NCBI GenBank assembly: GCA_031459915.1
Contig: JAVKHO010000013.1
Coordinates: 24,104 to 88,103 of the forward strand
Direction of reading: 5' to 3'
DNA from: Candidatus Tepidifontimicrobium thermophilum
GTDB taxonomy: Bacteria > Sysuimicrobiota > Sysuimicrobiia > Sysuimicrobiales > Sysuimicrobiaceae
DNA: 64,000 bases
Position numbers and translations under genes: made by a program. How positions within the stretch are numbered: position 1 is the first letter of the stretch; each line of letters begins with the position of its first letter. The notes beneath the pieces were generated by a model, which was not told the origin of the DNA, searched no databases, and was given only the letters and a program-made list of their open reading frames with translations. Shown here one piece after another: positions 10,241 to 22,604 of the stretch.

Positions 10241-11500
10241 CTACCAGCCCAGCCAGTCCTTCCGCCGCTCCACCGTGACCGTCTCCACCGGCCGGATCCG
10301 GCCGCCGCGGATCTGCATGATGCGCGTGGTGGTGGACGGCCGGTGGTCGTCCCGGGTCAGGGTGATGGGCGGGGCCAGGCCCTCCGGATCCCAGTTCCGG
10401 ATGAGCTCCAGCGTGGCCCGGATGGAGGCGCCCGTCAGGCCGAGGCGCGCGTACGTGGACCAGTTGTCCACCACCGTCTCCAGGGCCCGGCGCAGCAGGT
10501 ACACGTTCAACCACCCTCGGACGTACGAGGCGATGTAGGGAGCGTCCACGGTACCCCACTCGAACTTCGGGACCTCCTTGCCCTGGAACCGGCGGTACGC
10601 GTCGAAGATGGTCCGCATCCCGGGCACCGGCTCGCCGTAGTACGCGTGCGGGGTACTCCCGTATACCCCGTCCGCCGCCGCGCCGATGCGCTTGATCATG
10701 CTCTCGTCGAAGCCCCACACGTTCACGAACCACCTCGCCTTGGCGCCCACCTGCTTGGCGTCCCGCACCGTCACCGACGCGGAGCTGGTGGTCCCGCCGA
10801 ACCACGCGAAGTCCGCCCCCTGGTCCCGGATGGCGGTCACCTGGGACCGCGCCTCCAGGGCGGTGAGGGCCACGATCTGGTCGGGCAGCACCTCAAACCC
10901 CAGCTCCTGCGCGTACGCCTTGCCCGCGGGGATCGGAGCCCGCCCGTACGGGTGGTCCGGGTACACGAACACGATCTTGGGCCGGGCGATCCCCTCTTTC
11001 CGGGCCAGGTCCCGGGCGAACTTGACCACCGCGCGGATCTGGTCGGAGTAGCTGGAGACCGGGTAGAAGTTGTAGGGCGTCTTCGACGGGTCGTTCAGGT
11101 GCGAGGAGTACGAAGCGGAGATGAAGGGGATCTGGTCCGCGGCCACCTGCTCCTTCAGGGCCTCGGTGTCGTTGGTCCCCCAGCCGACAATGGCCACCAC
11201 CCGGTCCACGTCCCGGTACTTGCGGTACAGGGACAGGCTCTCGGGGATCCGGTACGCGTAGTCGGCCCACACCAGGTCGATCTTCACCTTGCCCCGGATC
11301 CCTCCCAGCACCTCGTTGATGTAGCGCACGTGGTCCAGGACCCCTTTGGAGTAGTCCACCCCCACGTCTGAGGTGGGGCCCGTGAGGTCGAACAAGGCCC
11401 CCACCTTGATGCTGGACGGCAGGGGCGCCTGCGCCACCGTGGGAGACGCCAAGGCGAGTGCCACCAACACGACTCCGGGGACCAGCCACCACCCCCGCAT
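10241..11500 (-). CDS. Liv-type ABC substrate-binding protein
   Basis: Signal peptide MRGWWLVPGVVLVALALASPTVAQA, then IKVGALFDLTGPTS and INEVLGGIRG; start trimmed to ATG 11500. Confidence 0.88.
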   Translation of the reverse strand: MRGWWLVPGVVLVALALASPTVAQAPLPSSIKVGALFDLTGPTSDVGVDYSKGVLDHVRYINEVLGGIRGKVKIDLVWADYAYRIPESLSLYRKYRDVDRVVAIVGWGTNDTEALKEQVAADQIPFISASYSSHLNDPSKTPYNFYPVSSYSDQIRAVVKFARDLARKEGIARPKIVFVYPDHPYGRAPIPAGKAYAQELGFEVLPDQIVALTALEARSQVTAIRDQGADFAWFGGTTSSASVTVRDAKQVGAKARWFVNVWGFDESMIKRIGAAADGVYGSTPHAYYGEPVPGMRTIFDAYRRFQGKEVPKFEWGTVDAPYIASYVRGWLNVYLLRRALETVVDNWSTYARLGLTGASIRATLELIRNWDPEGLAPPITLTRDDHRPSTTTRIMQIRGGRIRPVETVTVERRKDWLGW

Positions 11501-11570
11501 GCTCCGACCCCCTTTCGCTTTTTGCTCGCGGCGGTTTATTCTGCGGCCCGGGTGGCCGCTCCTGCCACCT

Positions 11571-12599
11571 TTACGGAACGAGGACCACCTTTCCGAAGTG
11601 CTGGCCTGCCTCCAGGTAGGAGTGGGCCTCCCGCACCTCTGACAGAGGGAACACCCGGTCCACCACAGGCCGCAGGACCCCGCGCTCCACCAGGGGCAGC
11701 AGGTCAAACAGCTCGCCCTTGCTGCCCACCCACGTCCCGTGCACGCTCACCGCCCGGCCGAACAGATACCGCACGTCGGTCTGGACCAGCGGTCCGGAGG
11801 TGGCCCCGCAGGTCACCAGGCGTCCGCCTCGCGCCAGGGCCTTCACGCTGACGTCCCACGTGGCCTGGCCCACGTGTTCGAAGACCACGTCGACCCCGCG
11901 GCGGCCGGTGAGCCGGCGGACCTCTGCCAGGACGTCCTGCGTCCGGTGGTTGACCGTCTCGTCCGCCCCCAGCTGCCGCGCGCGTTCCAGCTTCCAGTCG
12001 TCACCAGCTACCGCGATGACCCGGGCCTGGAAGGCCTTGGCGATCTGGATGGCCGCGCTGCCCACCCCGCTGCCGGCGCCCCAGACCAGCACTTCCTCCC
12101 CGGGCCGGAGCCGCGCGTGGGTCACCAGCATGTTCCACGCGGTGAGGAACACCAGCGGGAACGCTGCCGCCTCCTCGAAGCTCAGGTTGGCCGGCTTGCG
12201 GACCAGGTTCGCCTCGGGGACCAGCACGAACTCCGCGTCGGTCCCGTCCCGGTGCTCGCCCAGCAGGCCGTACTCCCGGCACAGGTTGTCCCGGCCCCGC
12301 AGGCACGCGGCGCAGACCCCGCACGAGACCCCGGGGTTCAGAACCACCTCGTCGCCCGGCTTTGCGGACTTCACCCCGGGCCCCACAGCGTCCACCACGC
12401 CCGCGCCGTCGGAACCGAGGGTGAGGGGCAGGGGGAAACTTACTCCGGGGATTCCCTTGCGCACCCACAGGTCCAGGTGGTTCATGGCCGCGGCCCGGAC
12501 CCTCACGCGCACCTGCCCGGGCCCGGGCTCAGGCGTCGGGAGCTCCTCCAGCCGTAGGACCCCCGGACCGCCGTGCTCGTAAACCCGGACCGCCTGCAT
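11571..12599 (-). CDS. Zinc-binding alcohol dehydrogenase / quinone oxidoreductase (MDR family)
   Basis: NHLD in place of the catalytic Cys, LGSDGAG, structural Zn CGVCAAC...C, GAGSGVG, HFGKVVL. Confidence 0.88.
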   Translation of the reverse strand: MQAVRVYEHGGPGVLRLEELPTPEPGPGQVRVRVRAAAMNHLDLWVRKGIPGVSFPLPLTLGSDGAGVVDAVGPGVKSAKPGDEVVLNPGVSCGVCAACLRGRDNLCREYGLLGEHRDGTDAEFVLVPEANLVRKPANLSFEEAAAFPLVFLTAWNMLVTHARLRPGEEVLVWGAGSGVGSAAIQIAKAFQARVIAVAGDDWKLERARQLGADETVNHRTQDVLAEVRRLTGRRGVDVVFEHVGQATWDVSVKALARGGRLVTCGATSGPLVQTDVRYLFGRAVSVHGTWVGSKGELFDLLPLVERGVLRPVVDRVFPLSEVREAHSYLEAGQHFGKVVLVP

Positions 12600-12603
12600 G
12601 GCC

Positions 12604-13527
12604 CTACCCTGCCACCGCGGCCCGCTCTGCGGACCGGTACACGTCGATCATCCGCAGGTAGTTGGACTTCACCAGCTCCGCCGCGTCCTGGCGGGGGAGC
12701 CTGCCGTCCAGGTAGCCCTTCACCCCGTCCCACCAGATGGTCCGGCCGATGGCGAAGCCGATGTAGCCAGGGACTCCCGCGCCTGCCTGCAGCCACCGCA
12801 CCACCGCGGCCTCGTCCGCGCCGCGGCCCAGCACCACGCACGCCACGCGGTCCCGGCCACCCGACCGCACCTGCGCGCTGGTGCGCTGGCAGTCTGCCCG
12901 GTCGTCCAGCCCCTCGATCTTCCACACGTCCGGCTCCACCCCGGCCTCCTGCAGCTCGCGGATCGCCCGCACCATGAGGGCCGGCCGCACCTCCCGGTCG
13001 TAGCGCCCCTCGTCCCCGCCCACCGACTGCAGCTGCGCGGCCGTCGCGGGCACCAGGAGCTCGAACAGGAACTTCCGGCCCCGCTGGTGCAGCCACTCGG
13101 ACAGCCGGCGCAGGCGCCCCGCCTGCCGGGCGTTCAGCTCCCGGTCGCCCTCGGGGTTGTAACGCACCAGCACCTTGGCGAAGGTGGGGTCGAAGGCCTC
13201 GATGTGCTCGCCGAAAGCCTCCCCGTACTCGAAGTCGAACTCGTCCTGCCCGCTGCGCTCCACGGGCATGGCGAACACCAGGCCCCGCCGCCGCGCGTCG
13301 CGGGCGATCTCCGCTCCGAACTGCTCGTCCACGAGGATGCCGGCGGACTCCCGGGGCGCTCCCTCCTCCAGGGCCCGCAGGAAGCCCTCGTAGATGACCC
13401 GCTTGGCGTCTTGCACCCGCTCCGCCTGCTCCGGCGTCGGCTCGCCCCGGATGCCGGCCAGCTTGAGGAACGAGCCCCGGTGGTCGAACGCGAGGATGTA
13501 CAGGGGTCGTTCGTATCCCAGCTCCAT
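12604..13527 (-). CDS. DUF2090-family class I aldolase (stand-alone IolC C-terminal-like domain)
   Basis: LYILAFDHRGSF, GILVDEQFG, KVLVRYNP, PDVWKIEG, VVLGRGA, GFAIGRTIW; ATG 13527 after GGGGAGGAG. Confidence 0.8.
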   Translation of the reverse strand: MELGYERPLYILAFDHRGSFLKLAGIRGEPTPEQAERVQDAKRVIYEGFLRALEEGAPRESAGILVDEQFGAEIARDARRRGLVFAMPVERSGQDEFDFEYGEAFGEHIEAFDPTFAKVLVRYNPEGDRELNARQAGRLRRLSEWLHQRGRKFLFELLVPATAAQLQSVGGDEGRYDREVRPALMVRAIRELQEAGVEPDVWKIEGLDDRADCQRTSAQVRSGGRDRVACVVLGRGADEAAVVRWLQAGAGVPGYIGFAIGRTIWWDGVKGYLDGRLPRQDAAELVKSNYLRMIDVYRSAERAAVAG

Positions 13528-13541
13528 GGCCTCTCCTCCCC

Positions 13542-14348
13542 TCACGGACTGCGCGGCAGGTCTTCCTCTTCCACGCGCATGCGGCTGGGCCCTTCCACCA
13601 CCACGCGTCCCTGCCGGTACCACACCACGACCCGCTGTCCCTCCAGCACGCTGCTGCGCCAGCGCACCCGCACCGGGCCCATGAGGTCCACCCGGCCCTG
13701 CGCGAAGTCCGCCACCGCTTCCCTCGCCACCCCCTGGCCTGCGGCGAACCGGAACGCCACGGGCCCGGCCACACGCGCGGTCTGCTCCCGCAGGCGGAAG
13801 GTGGACTCCTGGCCCTCCAGCGTCCCCTGCGGGGTCTCGAACCGGGCAGGAGCCGCAAGCCCTGCCTGCTGCTCGCGGCTGCGGTACAGGACCCGGGGGG
13901 CCGCGGCGGTTACCTCCCGGCCCGTCAGCACCGCAGGCCTCCCGGTTGCCACCGCCACCCCGCTCCGGGTGTCCAGCTGCACCCGGTCTGCGGAAAGCGT
14001 CCAGCCGCGGGCGTGCAGCCGGCTTCCTCCCTCCGCGTCCACCTGCAGCAGCTGGAGGGCTCGGGTGAACCGGATGCGGGCTGCACGGCTGCGCAGCTCC
14101 CCCTCGGGACCCAGCGCCCGCACCCCTCCGGAGAGCGTGCCGGCGCCGGCTGCGCGATCGAGCACCAGCTCCGCAGCGGTGAGCACCCGGCCGTCGTCGG
14201 TGATGCGCACCTGCCAGGCCCGCAGCCACCCGCGCTCCGCGTCCAGGTCCAGCCGCTCTGCGGTAACCACGAAGGCCGCCTGCGCGGAAGCGGCCCCCAG
14301 CAGCGCCACGAACACCGCGGCGCCCGCGGCCCGGAACAGCGCCTTCAC
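13542..14348 (-). CDS. Secreted OstA/LptA-like beta-jellyroll protein
   Basis: Signal peptide ending ASAQA, then repeated TAERLDLD / LTAAELVLD / LSADRVQLD / LEGQRVVV strands; GTG overlaps the ALDH stop. Confidence 0.6.
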   Translation of the reverse strand: MKALFRAAGAAVFVALLGAASAQAAFVVTAERLDLDAERGWLRAWQVRITDDGRVLTAAELVLDRAAGAGTLSGGVRALGPEGELRSRAARIRFTRALQLLQVDAEGGSRLHARGWTLSADRVQLDTRSGVAVATGRPAVLTGREVTAAAPRVLYRSREQQAGLAAPARFETPQGTLEGQESTFRLREQTARVAGPVAFRFAAGQGVAREAVADFAQGRVDLMGPVRVRWRSSVLEGQRVVVWYRQGRVVVEGPSRMRVEEEDLPRSP

Positions 14349-15841
14349 CCCAGACTGACCGGCTGCAGGTCGATCTGGGCGCGCTGCAGCCGGCCGCTGT
14401 AGTCGATGTACACCGACTTCCACTCGGTGAACACTTCCAGGACCTGCAGGCCACCCTCCCGGTGTCCGTTGCCCGTGAACTTGGTGCCGCCGAAAGGCAG
14501 GTGGACCTCCGCCCCGATGGTGCCGTGGTTCACGTACACGATGCCCGTGTGGATGTCCTCCACGGCGCGCATGGCCTTGTGGATGTCCCGGGTGAAGATG
14601 GACGCCGACAGACCGTAGCGGACCCCGTTCACCACCTCCACGGCCTCCTCCAGGCTGTCCACGCGGATGAGGTCGGTCACCGGTCCGAAGATCTCCTCCT
14701 GCGCGATGCGCATCCGCGGGTCCACCCGGTCGAACACCGTGGGCCGGAAGAAGAACCCGCGCTCCAGCCCGTCCCCCACCGCGCGCTCCCCGCCCACCAG
14801 CACGGCGGCACCCTCTTCCCGGCCGATCCGCACGTACCGCTCCACCCGCTCCAGCTGTGCCTGGCTCACGAGAGGCCCCATGTCCGTCTGCGGGTCCAGG
14901 CCGTGCCCCAGACGCAGCCGGCGCGCCCGGTCCACCAGCAGGTCCGCCACGTCCCCGTGCACCTTGGGGTGGACGAGGACGCGGCTGCAAGCGGTGCACC
15001 GCTGGCCGGAGGTGCCGAACGCGCTCCACGTGAGGGCATCCGCCACCAGGTCCAGGTCCGCGTCGTCCATCACGATGGCCGCGTTCTTCCCTCCCATCTC
15101 CAAGGACACCCGCTTGCCCCGGGCCGCGCACTTTTCCGCCACCTGGAGACCCACCTCGGTGGACCCTGTGAAGGAGATGAGGGCGACGTCCGGGTGGTCC
15201 ACCAGGGCCGCCCCCGTCTCGTCGCCGCCCAGGACCAGGTTCAAGACGCCGGGCGGCAGCCCCGCCTCTTCGAGGATCTCCACGAACTTCACCGCACAGA
15301 TGGGGACTTCCGGAGCCGGTTTGAACACCACGGTGTTGCCGCAGACCAAGGCCGGCACGATCTTCCACGAGGGGATGGCCAGAGGGAAGTTCCACGGCGT
15401 GATGACCCCCACCACCCCCACGGGCTGCCGGACGCAGTACGCGGCCTTGTGGGGCATCTCGCTGGGGGTGGTGTACCCGTGCAGGCGCCGGCCCTCGCCC
15501 GCGATGAAGTACGTCATGTCGATGGCCTCCTGCACGTCCCCCCGGGACTCCAGGAGTACTTTGCCCATCTCCCGGGTCATGAGCTGGGCCAGCTCCTCCT
15601 TGCGCCGGACCAGCAGCTCCGCGGCCCGGAAGAGGACCTCCGCGCGGCGCGGCGCCGGAACCTTGCGCCACTTCGGAAACGCCTCCTTCGCCGCAGCCAC
15701 CGCGTCCGCCACGTCCTCGGCGCCGGACCGGGCACAAACGCCGAGCACCTCGCCGGTGGCGGGGTCGACGGACTCGAAGACCGCGCCCGAACGGGCGGGC
15801 TGCCACCGGCCGCCGACGTAGTTGAGGTACGTCTGGACCAT
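14345..15841 (-). CDS. Aldehyde dehydrogenase
   Basis: ITPWNFP, SFTGSTEVG, LEMGGKN, GQRCTA, EEIFGP, PFGG; start trimmed to ATG 15841. Confidence 0.95.
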   Translation of the reverse strand: MVQTYLNYVGGRWQPARSGAVFESVDPATGEVLGVCARSGAEDVADAVAAAKEAFPKWRKVPAPRRAEVLFRAAELLVRRKEELAQLMTREMGKVLLESRGDVQEAIDMTYFIAGEGRRLHGYTTPSEMPHKAAYCVRQPVGVVGVITPWNFPLAIPSWKIVPALVCGNTVVFKPAPEVPICAVKFVEILEEAGLPPGVLNLVLGGDETGAALVDHPDVALISFTGSTEVGLQVAEKCAARGKRVSLEMGGKNAAIVMDDADLDLVADALTWSAFGTSGQRCTACSRVLVHPKVHGDVADLLVDRARRLRLGHGLDPQTDMGPLVSQAQLERVERYVRIGREEGAAVLVGGERAVGDGLERGFFFRPTVFDRVDPRMRIAQEEIFGPVTDLIRVDSLEEAVEVVNGVRYGLSASIFTRDIHKAMRAVEDIHTGIVYVNHGTIGAEVHLPFGGTKFTGNGHREGGLQVLEVFTEWKSVYIDYSGRLQRAQIDLQPVSLG

Positions 15842-15855
15842 ACGTCCTCCCCGCT

Positions 15856-16941
15856 TCAAAAGACGCGGGCCGCCCGCACGCGCCGCGCCGCCTCCCGGAA
15901 GGCCCGCGCGCCCGGGCTGTCAGGGTAGCGCACCACCACCGGTTCGCCCGCGTCGCCCGCCTCGCAGATGCGCGGGTCCAGGGGGATCCGGGCGAGTAGC
16001 GGAACCCCCAGACGGTCCGCCAGGGCTTGACCTCCGCCCTCCCCGAACACCGCCACCGGCTCCGGCCCTTCCAGGTAGCTCATGTTCTCGATGACGCCTG
16101 TTACCTTGAGGTTCACCTTCTCCGCCATCCGCGCGGCTCGGGCCGCCACCTCCACCGCGGCCTGCTGGGGCGTCGTGACCACCAGCATCTCCGCCCGAGG
16201 CAGCTGCTGGGCCACGGTGATGGACACGTCTCCGGTGCCGGGCGGCAGGTCCAAAAGCAGGGTGTCCACGTCGCCCCAGTGCACCTCGGTGATGAAGGTG
16301 ACGAGGGCCTTGTGCAGCATGGGACCCCGCCAGATGACCGCCTCGTCCCGGTCCACCAGCATCCCCATGGAGACCGCACGCACGCCCCACCGTTCCAGGG
16401 GGATGATCATCTGGTCGATCACCGTGGGCCGGCCCGCAATACCCAGCATCCGGGGGATGGAGAACCCGTACACGTCCGCGTCCAGCACCCCCACGCGGCT
16501 GCCGGCCTCGGCCAGGGCCACCGCGAGGTTGGCGGTCACCGTAGACTTCCCCACGCCCCCTTTGCCACTCGCCACCGCCAGGACCCGCACCGAGCTGTGC
16601 GGCCCCAGGAAGGGAGACGGCGCACTCCCCTCTGCACCCCGCAGCTTGGCGATGAGGGCCTGCCGCTCCTCCGGGGTCATGACGCCCAGGTGCACGTCCA
16701 CGGACCGCACGCCCGGCAGCCGGGCCACGCGGTCGCGGATGGACTGCAGGATGACCTCCCGCAAAGGACAGCCTCCGATGGTCAGGACCGCCTCCACCCG
16801 CACGTGCCCGTCCTGCACCCGTACGTCGCGGACCATGTCCAGGTCCACGATGGACCGCCGCAGCTCCGGGTCTTCCACGTCCCGGAGGGCCTGAAGGACC
16901 TGCTCCCGGCTGAGCTCGGGCTCGTGCCGTCCGAACCGCAT
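15856..16941 (-). CDS. mrp: Mrp/ApbC (NBP35) Fe-S cluster carrier ATPase
   Basis: N-terminal DPELRRSIVDL...GCP domain, SGKGGVGKST, DADVYGFS, WRGPM, DLPPGTGD, IENMS. Confidence 0.92.
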   Translation of the reverse strand: MRFGRHEPELSREQVLQALRDVEDPELRRSIVDLDMVRDVRVQDGHVRVEAVLTIGGCPLREVILQSIRDRVARLPGVRSVDVHLGVMTPEERQALIAKLRGAEGSAPSPFLGPHSSVRVLAVASGKGGVGKSTVTANLAVALAEAGSRVGVLDADVYGFSIPRMLGIAGRPTVIDQMIIPLERWGVRAVSMGMLVDRDEAVIWRGPMLHKALVTFITEVHWGDVDTLLLDLPPGTGDVSITVAQQLPRAEMLVVTTPQQAAVEVAARAARMAEKVNLKVTGVIENMSYLEGPEPVAVFGEGGGQALADRLGVPLLARIPLDPRICEAGDAGEPVVVRYPDSPGARAFREAARRVRAARVF

Positions 16942-16987
16942 GGCGCCTCCCCTCCGTCCCCTTTCCCTCCCATGCTACCACCCGGGG

Positions 16988-18609
16988 CTACCGGGCTTCC
17001 GCGTAGGGGGCCACCACGAGGCCTTCCCGCGGCCGCAGCTCCAGGTCACGCTCGAGGCCCTCTCGGTCCAGGTGCGTGGACAGCAGCACGTACCCGCCTG
17101 CTGCCAGGCGTGCGGGGGTCTCCGCGAAGTTCAGGGCTACCAGCAGGACCTCGCCTTCCACCTCCCGGCGGTACGCGAGCACGCCTGGGGGTGCTCCGAC
17201 CGGGACGTAGCGGCCCGCCACCAGTGCGGGGTGGGCCCGCCGCAGCCGCAAGAGCCGCCGGACCAGGTTCAGGAAGGACCGTCCGTCCTGCTCCTGGGCT
17301 GCCACGTGGCGCCAGGATGCGTCGGGGTTGACCGGCAGCCAAGGCTCACCGGTGGTGAAGCCCGCGTGGGCCGTCGCGTCCCACTGCATGGGCGTGCGGG
17401 CGGCGTCCCGGGACCACCTGCCGCCCCACTCCCGGAACCCCGCCCGGTCCCGCACCCGGTCCGGCGGGATGCTCCCGTCCACCATCCCCAGCTCGTCGCC
17501 GTAGTACAGGGTGGGGGTGCCCCGGAGGGTCAAAAGCAGCATGTGCGCGAGCCGGGACCCCTCCTCGCCCAGCCGCGTGGCGACCCGGGGCCGGTCGTGG
17601 TTGCCCAGGACCCAGCTGGGCCAGGCCCACGGTGGGAGAGCGGCCTCGTAGCTGTCCACCAGCCTGCGGACCTCCGTTGCGTTCCACCGCTCCGGGGGCA
17701 ACTCTACCAGCGCGAAGTTGAAGGGGAAGTGACACTCGGGCCGGTCAGGGCTGCCGTAGTAGCGGACGAGCTGCGGGACCGGCAGGTACACCTCACCGAT
17801 CAGCACCGGGCCGCGGTCCTGGTACTCGTCCAGCACCGCGCGGAACTGCCGGAGGACCTCGTGGGTCTCCGGCTGGTCCTCGGTGTAGGGGTGCAGGAGC
17901 CGGTCCCGCTCCCGCATGCCTGGCCGCCAGGTGGGGTTGGGCGGCTCGTCCCGGAAGGACGCGTCCTCCACCAGCAGCCACGCCGCGTCCAGCCGGAACC
18001 CGTCCACCCCGCGGTCCAGCCAGAACCGCACCACCTGCACCATGGCTTCCACCACCTCGGGGTCGCGGTAGTTCAGGTCCGGCTGCTCGGGGAGGAACTG
18101 GTGCAGGTAGTACTGCCCGCTGGCCGCGTCGAAGGTCCACGCAGGCCCGCCGAAGAAGCTGAGCCAGTTGTTGGGCGGGCCTCCGTCGGGAGCCGGGTCG
18201 CGCCACACGTACCAGTCCCGCTTTGGGTTCGTGCGGCTTGTGCGGGACTGCACAAACCACGGGTGCTCGCTGCTGGTGTGGTTGGCCACCAGGTCCACCA
18301 CCACCCGCAGGTCGCGGCGGTGGGCCTCGGCCACCAGCCGGTCGAAGTCCGCGCGGGTCCCCATGGTGGGGTCCACCTCGCAGTAGTCGGACACGTCGTA
18401 GCCGAAGTCCCGCTGCGGGGAGGGGTAGAAGGGAGTAAGCCACACCGCGCCGACGCCGAGTTGTGCCAGGTAATCCAGGCGTTGCAACAGGCCGCGAAGG
18501 TCGCCGACCCCGTCGCCGTCGGAGTCCTGGAACGACCGGGGGTAGACCTCGTAGAAGGCCTCCCGCTGCCACCACGCGAGGCCGCGGGACCGGGGGGATT
18601 CCTGGCCCA

Positions 18610-18610
<1 letters not shown>
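16988..18610 (-). CDS. GH13 alpha-glucosidase / oligo-1,6-glucosidase
   Basis: YEVYPRSFQDSDGDGVGDL, NHTS, DGFRLDA, GEVY, GNHD, RDAARTPMQW. Confidence 0.92.
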
Positions 18611-20732
<2,122 letters not shown>

Positions 20733-20736
<4 letters not shown>

Positions 20737-22604
20737 CCGGAACCCTCCCAGCGCAGGAAGACCACCGCCAGAGGCGGCAGGACCAGCCGCAAAGAGTAGG
20801 GCCGGCCGTGGCGGGCAACCGGCTCCGCCTGCACGCCTCCGAAGTTGCCCCACCCGCTGCCGCCGTACTCCCGCGCGTCGCTGTTGAGCACCTCCTCCCA
20901 CCGTCCGGGTTCGGGCACGCCGACCCGGTAGTCCTGGCGGGGGACCGGGGTGAAGTTGCACACCACCGCCACCGGCCGGCTTCCGCGGCCGCGGCGCAGG
21001 AAGCTCAACACGCTGGACTCGCGGTCGTCGGGGTCGATCCACTCGAATCCCCCGGGTTCACAGTCCAGCTCGTGGAGGGCAGGTTCCGTTCGGTACAGCC
21101 GGTTCAGGTCCCGGACCCACCGCTGGATGCCCGCGTGGCGTGGGTCCGCCAGCAGGTGCCAGTCCACGCTCCCCTCGTGGTCCCACTCCCGCCGCTGCCC
21201 GACCTCCCCGCCCATGAACAGCAGTTTCTTGCCGGGCTGCGCGTACTGGTAGCCTAGCAGCAGCCGGAGGTTCGCGAACTTCTGCCAGTCGTCCCCGGGC
21301 ATCTTCTCCAGCAGGGAGCGCTTCCCGTGCACCACCTCGTCGTGGGACAGGGGCAGGAGGAAGTTCTCGGAGAACGCGTACAGCATGCGGAAGGTGAGCT
21401 CCTGGTGGTGGTACTTCCGGTACACGGGGTCGCGGGACAGGTACCGCAGGGTGTCGTGCATCCACCCCATGTCCCACTTCAGCCCGAACCCTAAGCCGCC
21501 GGCGGACGTGGGGCGGCTCACCATGGGCCAGGCGGTGGACTCCTCCGCCACCGTCTGAACCCCGGGGAAGTCTCTGTAGACGGACTCGTTCAGCTGCCGA
21601 AGGAACCGGATGGCGTCCAGGTTCTCCCGTCCGCCGTACTCGTTGGGCAGCCACTCGCCCTCCCGTCGGGAGTAGTCCAGGTACAGCATGGAGGCCACCG
21701 CGTCCACCCGCAGCCCGTCCGCGTGGTAGCGGTCGAGCCAGAAGTGCGCGCTGCTGAGCAGGAAGCTCCGGACCTCCGGACGCCCGTAGTCGAAGATGGC
21801 GCTGCCCCAGTCCGGGTGCCACCCGCGCCGGGGGTCGGGGTGCTCGTACAGGGCGGTCCCGTCGAACCGCGCCAGGCCGTGGGGGTCCGTGGCGAAGTGG
21901 GAAGGGACCCAGTCCAGGAACACGCCCACTCCGTACTGGTGCAGGGTGTCCACCAGCTCCATGAACTCCTGCGGCGTACCGTACCGGCAGGTGGGCGCGA
22001 AGTAGCCCGTCACGTGGTAGCCCCACGACCCGTAGAAGGGGTGCTCCATCACCGGGAGGAACTCCACGTGGGTGAACCCCTGCTCCCGCACGTATTCCGC
22101 CAGCCTGGGCGCCAGCTCCCGGTAGGTGAGGTGCCGGCCGTCGTCCCGGCGCCTCCACGATCCCAGGTGCACCTCGTACACGCTGAGGGGCGCGTCCAGA
22201 GCGTTCCGGCGAGTGCGTTCGGCCATCCACGCCCCATCAGCCCACGCGTACGCGAGATCCCAGACCACCGAAGCGTTCCCCGGAGGTGGCTCGGACCAGA
22301 AGGCGAAGGGGTCGGCCTTGTCCAACGGGGGCCCTCCTCCCCGCGGGACCACCCGGTACTTGTACCGGTGGCCGGGCCTCGCGGACCGCACCAGCCCTAC
22401 CCAGATCCCCGAGTCTCCCAGCGGCTCCAGGGGGTCTGAGTCCGGGTCCCAGCCGTTGAAGTCCCCCATGACGCGCACCGCCGCGGCGTTGGGCGCCCAC
22501 ACGGCAAAGCGCGTAGCTTCTTCCTCCGGATGGGCCCCGAGCTTCTCGTACAGCCGCGTGTGGGTGCCCTCCCGGAACAGGTACAGGTCCAGCTCGCTTA
22601 TCAC
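20733..22604 (-). CDS. glgB: 1,4-alpha-glucan branching enzyme
   Basis: [54 protein letters not shown] 22604. Confidence 0.95.
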
